DNA from: Promethearchaeum syntrophicum
Lineage (GTDB): Archaea > Asgardarchaeota > Lokiarchaeia > Sigyniarchaeales > Promethearchaeaceae
Length of the DNA: 32,000 nt
NCBI RefSeq assembly: GCF_008000775.2
Contig: NZ_CP042905.2
Span: 1,890,001 to 1,922,000, forward strand
Reading direction: 5' to 3'
Numbering within the stretch: the stretch's first letter is position 1; each line of letters begins with the position of its first letter. A program made the translations under genes and the position numbers. Below the pieces are notes generated by a model that ran no database searches, had not been told where the DNA came from, and was given only the letters and a program-made list of their open reading frames with translations. Shown here in pieces: positions 28,618-32,000 of this stretch.

Positions 28618-28932
28618 TTATAACATCGGATCAAGATCTCTAGCACCCAAAAGCACAAGATTTTCAAGACATTTTATTCCACGAATTTCTCCCGCCTTTA
28701 CAAATAGGGAATCATGTTTATTCATTTCAAAGGTATCATTCCCTATTGTAAAAATTCCAGATCCTTCTATTACAAGGAAAAATATTGCATTTGGTTCTGG
28801 GTGCGGTGAAATTTCTAACCCTTTGGGCAAAATAATTCTAACTATATTAAAATTAGGGGAGAAAAATATGTTTTTTAATTCAGGTTGACCAGTTGAGAAA
28901 TTTAAATCAGATAGAAAGGAAAATACATCCAT
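28618..28932 (-). CDS. Small cupin-fold protein (paralog B)
   Basis: Same length (104 aa) as paralog A and 78/104 identical by manual alignment. Confidence 0.75.
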   Translation of the reverse strand: MDVFSFLSDLNFSTGQPELKNIFFSPNFNIVRIILPKGLEISPHPEPNAIFFLVIEGSGIFTIGNDTFEMNKHDSLFVKAGEIRGIKCLENLVLLGARDLDPML

Positions 28933-28977
28933 AAAATAATTAATATATACCTTTTTATTTGAAATTATACCAAATGG

Positions 28978-29685
28978 TTATTTTGGAATCTTCTTTCTGA
29001 TTCGCTGTTTGTATGAAAGATTCTTCTTTCCGGTCTTCTTTTGAGATTTTTTTGGAGATTGTGAAAAATCGGTAATAATTTTCAGATAGTTTTCAGCAAT
29101 CGGTTGGACCTTATTAGATTTGACTGCTTCATTCCATCTTTTTATGAAAATTGCATCTCGAATGATATTCTCTAAGGTTAATTTTCCAACAATCATCCAT
29201 CTAGCGTTATCAATTACTGGACTGGATTTTTTAATTCCAGGACAAAATTCCATAGCTTTGGCTGCGTAATTAATGGTTACATTCATTTTTTCCATTTGGT
29301 CTTTATGAGGGATGGAATGGAAATGGAAAGGAAATGTTCTGCAAATATCTGGACGTGCCTTGTAAATTTTGCATTTTTTATTTTTATCTAAGAAAATACA
29401 AGATCCTTCATCATTTTTTCGTAATCCCAGAAAAGCTTGTCCATTTTGAGTTTCAATATGTGGAAGAACCATTTTTTCTTTCTGTTCATCTGTAATTGGT
29501 TCATCAAAAATATAAAATCCAACAATGTCCAACAATCCCTGGAAATCTAATTTTTTTTCCCATTGGATCCTCAAAATATCACTATATGTTAAATTTACTA
29601 TTGTATTTTTATCTGAGCAACAATTTCCGCACTGAATACATTTGAAATGATATGGAGGCTGAAGATCAATTTCACCATTTTCCAT
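28978..29685 (-). CDS. YkgJ-like putative zinc/iron-chelating Cys-cluster protein
   Basis: FKCIQCGNCCSDKNTIVNLTYSDI (CxxCxxCC), GSCIFLDKNKKCKIYKARPDICRTFPF. Confidence 0.85.
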   Translation of the reverse strand: MENGEIDLQPPYHFKCIQCGNCCSDKNTIVNLTYSDILRIQWEKKLDFQGLLDIVGFYIFDEPITDEQKEKMVLPHIETQNGQAFLGLRKNDEGSCIFLDKNKKCKIYKARPDICRTFPFHFHSIPHKDQMEKMNVTINYAAKAMEFCPGIKKSSPVIDNARWMIVGKLTLENIIRDAIFIKRWNEAVKSNKVQPIAENYLKIITDFSQSPKKSQKKTGKKNLSYKQRIRKKIPK

Positions 29686-29732
29686 GTTGTTTTAAATGTT
29701 TTAAATGTTTTAAATGATAATTTAATTTGAGA

Positions 29733-30422
29733 ATGTTTGACGAAATCGCCTCTGATTGGGCTAAAAAAAGATCAAGAGAATGGAAACCTTTTGTAGTAAT
29801 TCTTGAACCTAGGATAGAAAAATGGGGTCACTATTTTACGAATGAGAGGGATTTTCCCTTTATTTTTATTGATTTAGGATGCGGTTCAGGTAGACATTCA
29901 GATTTTTTTCAAAATCATTGCAAGAAACTAATAGATTTAGATGAATCACGCGAAATGCTTAAAAAAAACCGTTCTAAATCGATTAAAATTCAAGCTCAAA
30001 TGGATTCTCTTCCCTTTAGAAACTCTTCTTTTGATGGAATTTTCTCAATAGCCTCACTGCATCATCTAAGAAGTTTAAAAGAACGTCATAATACGATAAT
30101 GGAGATAAATAGGATTGGGAGAAGAAATGCCCTTGTTTCTATAACAGTTTGGCGGTTTTATCAAAAAAAATTTCTAAAACAGTTTTTGGAACAATTAAAC
30201 AACTCCTTTGATATAAAGGATAATTCTGAGATAGGAGATGTAATTGTTCCATGGATTGTGTCCCAAAAAGGAGGAGAAAAGAAAATTGAACGTTTTTACC
30301 ATCTCTTTAGAGTTGTAGAATTCAGACGATTGATGTCTAAATTTGAGAAAATACATAAATCCACAATGGGAAAAGGAAAAAAAAAAGATAATTTTATTTT
30401 TATAGGTAGAATAGCTAAATAA
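29733..30422 (+). CDS. Class I SAM-dependent methyltransferase, Trm9/ABH8-like
   Basis: MFDEIASDWAKKRSREWKPF, FIDLGCGSGRH, MDSLPFRNSSFDGIFSIASLHHLRS. ATG at 29733 preferred over the TTG at 29727. Confidence 0.8.
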   Translation: MFDEIASDWAKKRSREWKPFVVILEPRIEKWGHYFTNERDFPFIFIDLGCGSGRHSDFFQNHCKKLIDLDESREMLKKNRSKSIKIQAQMDSLPFRNSSFDGIFSIASLHHLRSLKERHNTIMEINRIGRRNALVSITVWRFYQKKFLKQFLEQLNNSFDIKDNSEIGDVIVPWIVSQKGGEKKIERFYHLFRVVEFRRLMSKFEKIHKSTMGKGKKKDNFIFIGRIAK

Positions 30423-30428
30423 TTAACT

Positions 30429-30941
30429 CTAATTTGCGTGACATTGGATGGAGTTAATAAAATTCAATATTGCTTCTTTATAATAATCAAATGCATTTGC
30501 TAAACAATTTGCATGAATATGGAACAACCTTTGAGTTAGTTCACAAAAGAAGGTTGCATGAATAACTTTTGATACAAAATATCGTCTTCTATTCATCTGC
30601 TGCCTGTTTCCGTACCAGATTGTCATTTCATGGGATAAATGCCATAGACTTTTCTCTATCTTAGATGTTGTGACATTAATCAAAGCATAATTTTGAATAG
30701 ACTCGTTAACTATCTTCCCAAGGTGAAAATGACTGGCTTCTAACTTTTTCCATTCAATTGTAATATCTGAATCAGCTCCCCACACATCATCTGAAATTTG
30801 AACGGATTTAAATTCGATTCTACCCTCGTCAAGATTTCCCTCCTTTTTAATAAATTTTTTATCACTTGAATAGATATTTGAAATTTTATTAATTACAATC
30901 TGGTTTTCTATATTTAGATATTTCCAATTCTTTTGGAGCAT
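30429..30941 (-). CDS. Hypothetical protein, 170 aa
   Basis: Complete ORF convergent with the methyltransferase gene; no family recognised. Confidence 0.5.
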   Translation of the reverse strand: MLQKNWKYLNIENQIVINKISNIYSSDKKFIKKEGNLDEGRIEFKSVQISDDVWGADSDITIEWKKLEASHFHLGKIVNESIQNYALINVTTSKIEKSLWHLSHEMTIWYGNRQQMNRRRYFVSKVIHATFFCELTQRLFHIHANCLANAFDYYKEAILNFINSIQCHAN

Positions 30942-31037
30942 AATTTATTCTTTACGTCCGTAAATAAAAACATTTTACGCTTCTGATTAAAATTCAGAAA
31001 TGAAAAATTTTTTTTTAAATGGAGTTTTCAAGATGAC

Positions 31038-31517
31038 ATGAACCGAATTATTCGCTTTAGTTTAAAGGAAGTCAAAAAATCGGGTTTAAATATTAAATTG
31101 CTCAAATTCAATAATGTAAAAGTTGATGTGAGAAGAAAAACCGAAAAACCAGCAAATATTGAACTCCTTAAAAAAATGAAGTTAGATCCTTTACCTATAG
31201 GTGGTCAAAAGAAGCCTAAAAAAGTAAAATCAACTAAATCTGCTAAAATTGAAACAGAAGTAAAGGAAATAAAAGAAAAAACAGATGACAAACCCGTTAG
31301 TAAAGAAATAGCTAAATCAGTTCCAAAAAAATCAAAAATATCTAATTTAGAAGATTTAGAAGGAATGGAGCCAAAATATTTGAAAAAATTAACTGATTTA
31401 GGAATTGATTCTCCTTCGAAGATTATGGATGAAGATTTTAAGGAACTTGCTAAATTAATTAGATCAACTCAAAAATTAATTAAAAGTTGGCGAGCTCAAA
31501 TTACTGGGGAAGAATAA
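31038..31517 (+). CDS. eL13 (L13e)-like ribosomal protein with C-terminal helix-hairpin-helix extension
   Basis: RFSLKEVKKSGLNIKLLKFNNVKVDVRRKTEKPANIELLKKM follows the L13e pattern (GFSLxELxxAGI...A..LGI.VDxRRR...xNVexLkx). C-terminus LEDLEGMEPKYLKKLTDLGIDSPSKIMDEDFKELAKLI is HhH-like. GGAG SD upstream. Confidence 0.65.
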   Translation: MNRIIRFSLKEVKKSGLNIKLLKFNNVKVDVRRKTEKPANIELLKKMKLDPLPIGGQKKPKKVKSTKSAKIETEVKEIKEKTDDKPVSKEIAKSVPKKSKISNLEDLEGMEPKYLKKLTDLGIDSPSKIMDEDFKELAKLIRSTQKLIKSWRAQITGEE

Positions 31518-31519
31518 GC

Positions 31520-32000
31520 TTAATTGGCAATTTCTGCCAATGGAGATTTTATAATATCTATTTTTTTCAGTTTTTTTAGAATTTCAGCTACTTTTTCATG
31601 TGGGATATTTGTTTTTTCTGAAATCTGAAGAGGAGATAATGATCCTCTGCAAATATTAGCAATTGATAAGTCTTCTTCGGAAATTATTTCCATCTTAAGT
31701 AATTTTTCCAAAGTTGAGTCACTCACAATTAATTTTGGTCGATTTTCTGCGATTCTTCCGTCTCGAGTTAGCATTTCGATTTCAATAATAAATGAATTAA
31801 AAATTTCTTTTTTATTCGTTTGTAAGAATTTATCTATATCCATACTATGTTTTTGCCAAAATCTCCTACCCAATGTATCTAAAACCGATAATATTTTTTC
31901 CTTAATATCATCAACATCAGATAAGCAGCATAATAAGATTTTTGCTGGATGGTAATAGTGAATTATTATACTAAATTTATCGATCATTAAAATGCGGGAA
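31520..32000 (-). CDS. Partial CDS truncated at right edge; possible longin-like N-terminal part plus helical/wHTH C-terminus
   Basis: The frame remains open upstream of the Met at 31987 to the window edge (...SRILMIDKFSIIIHYYHPAKILLCCLSDVDDIKEKILSVLDTLGRRFW...). The C-terminal SPLQISEKTNIPHEKVAEILKKLKKIDII is winged-helix-like. Confidence 0.5.
   Translation of the reverse strand, partial: SRILMIDKFSIIIHYYHPAKILLCCLSDVDDIKEKILSVLDTLGRRFWQKHSMDIDKFLQTNKKEIFNSFIIEIEMLTRDGRIAENRPKLIVSDSTLEKLLKMEIISEEDLSIANICRGSLSPLQISEKTNIPHEKVAEILKKLKKIDIIKSPLAEIAN

Noticed and set aside
28580-28888. 102-aa + strand ORF over cupin paralog B
   Set aside because: Antisense shadow of the cupin gene, which has a clear family signature and a paralog next door.
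29690-29720. Short TGTTTTAAA-type repeats between the YkgJ-like and methyltransferase genes
   Set aside because: Three 9-bp AT-only repeat units in a 30%-GC genome are weak evidence of function; may simply be part of the divergent promoter.
1-32000. Search by eye for tRNA genes (TTCGANNC loops), rRNA and CRISPR arrays
   Set aside because: None recognised; a tRNAscan-SE/Infernal run would be needed to exclude intron-containing or degenerate RNA genes.

Overview
AT-rich archaeal window. Gene content (archaeal-type IleS, PurD, NreA-like protein, eL13-like protein, OGG1-like glycosylase, GGR-like flavoprotein, Trm9-like methyltransferase, zinc-ribbon/longin-like proteins) suggests an Asgard/Lokiarchaeota-like genome; this taxonomic call is inference only. 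The left part carries a sugar-metabolism neighbourhood: PfkB kinase, amidohydrolase, GPH/MFS transporter and SIS-domain isomerase. The middle holds ileS, a ribbon-helix-helix (RHH) gene missed by the ORF track, nreA, and a tandem pair of ParB/Srx-like proteins. It also holds two large uncharacterised zinc-ribbon proteins that may contain longin/DENN-like folds. The right part has purD, ogg, membrane proteins (one resembling a degenerate complex I antiporter subunit), a phosphohexomutase, a tandem cupin duplication, a YkgJ-like protein, a methyltransferase and an eL13-like protein fused to a helix-hairpin-helix. No CRISPR array, rRNA or tRNA was recognised. The best second-look items are an apparent ATA-start RHH regulator beside a 47-bp degenerate direct repeat, the possible longin/DENN-type pair, the eL13-HhH fusion, the tandem ParB-like genes and the possible Amadori-product/amino-sugar locus. 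I could not confirm a wholly new biological system from sequence alone.
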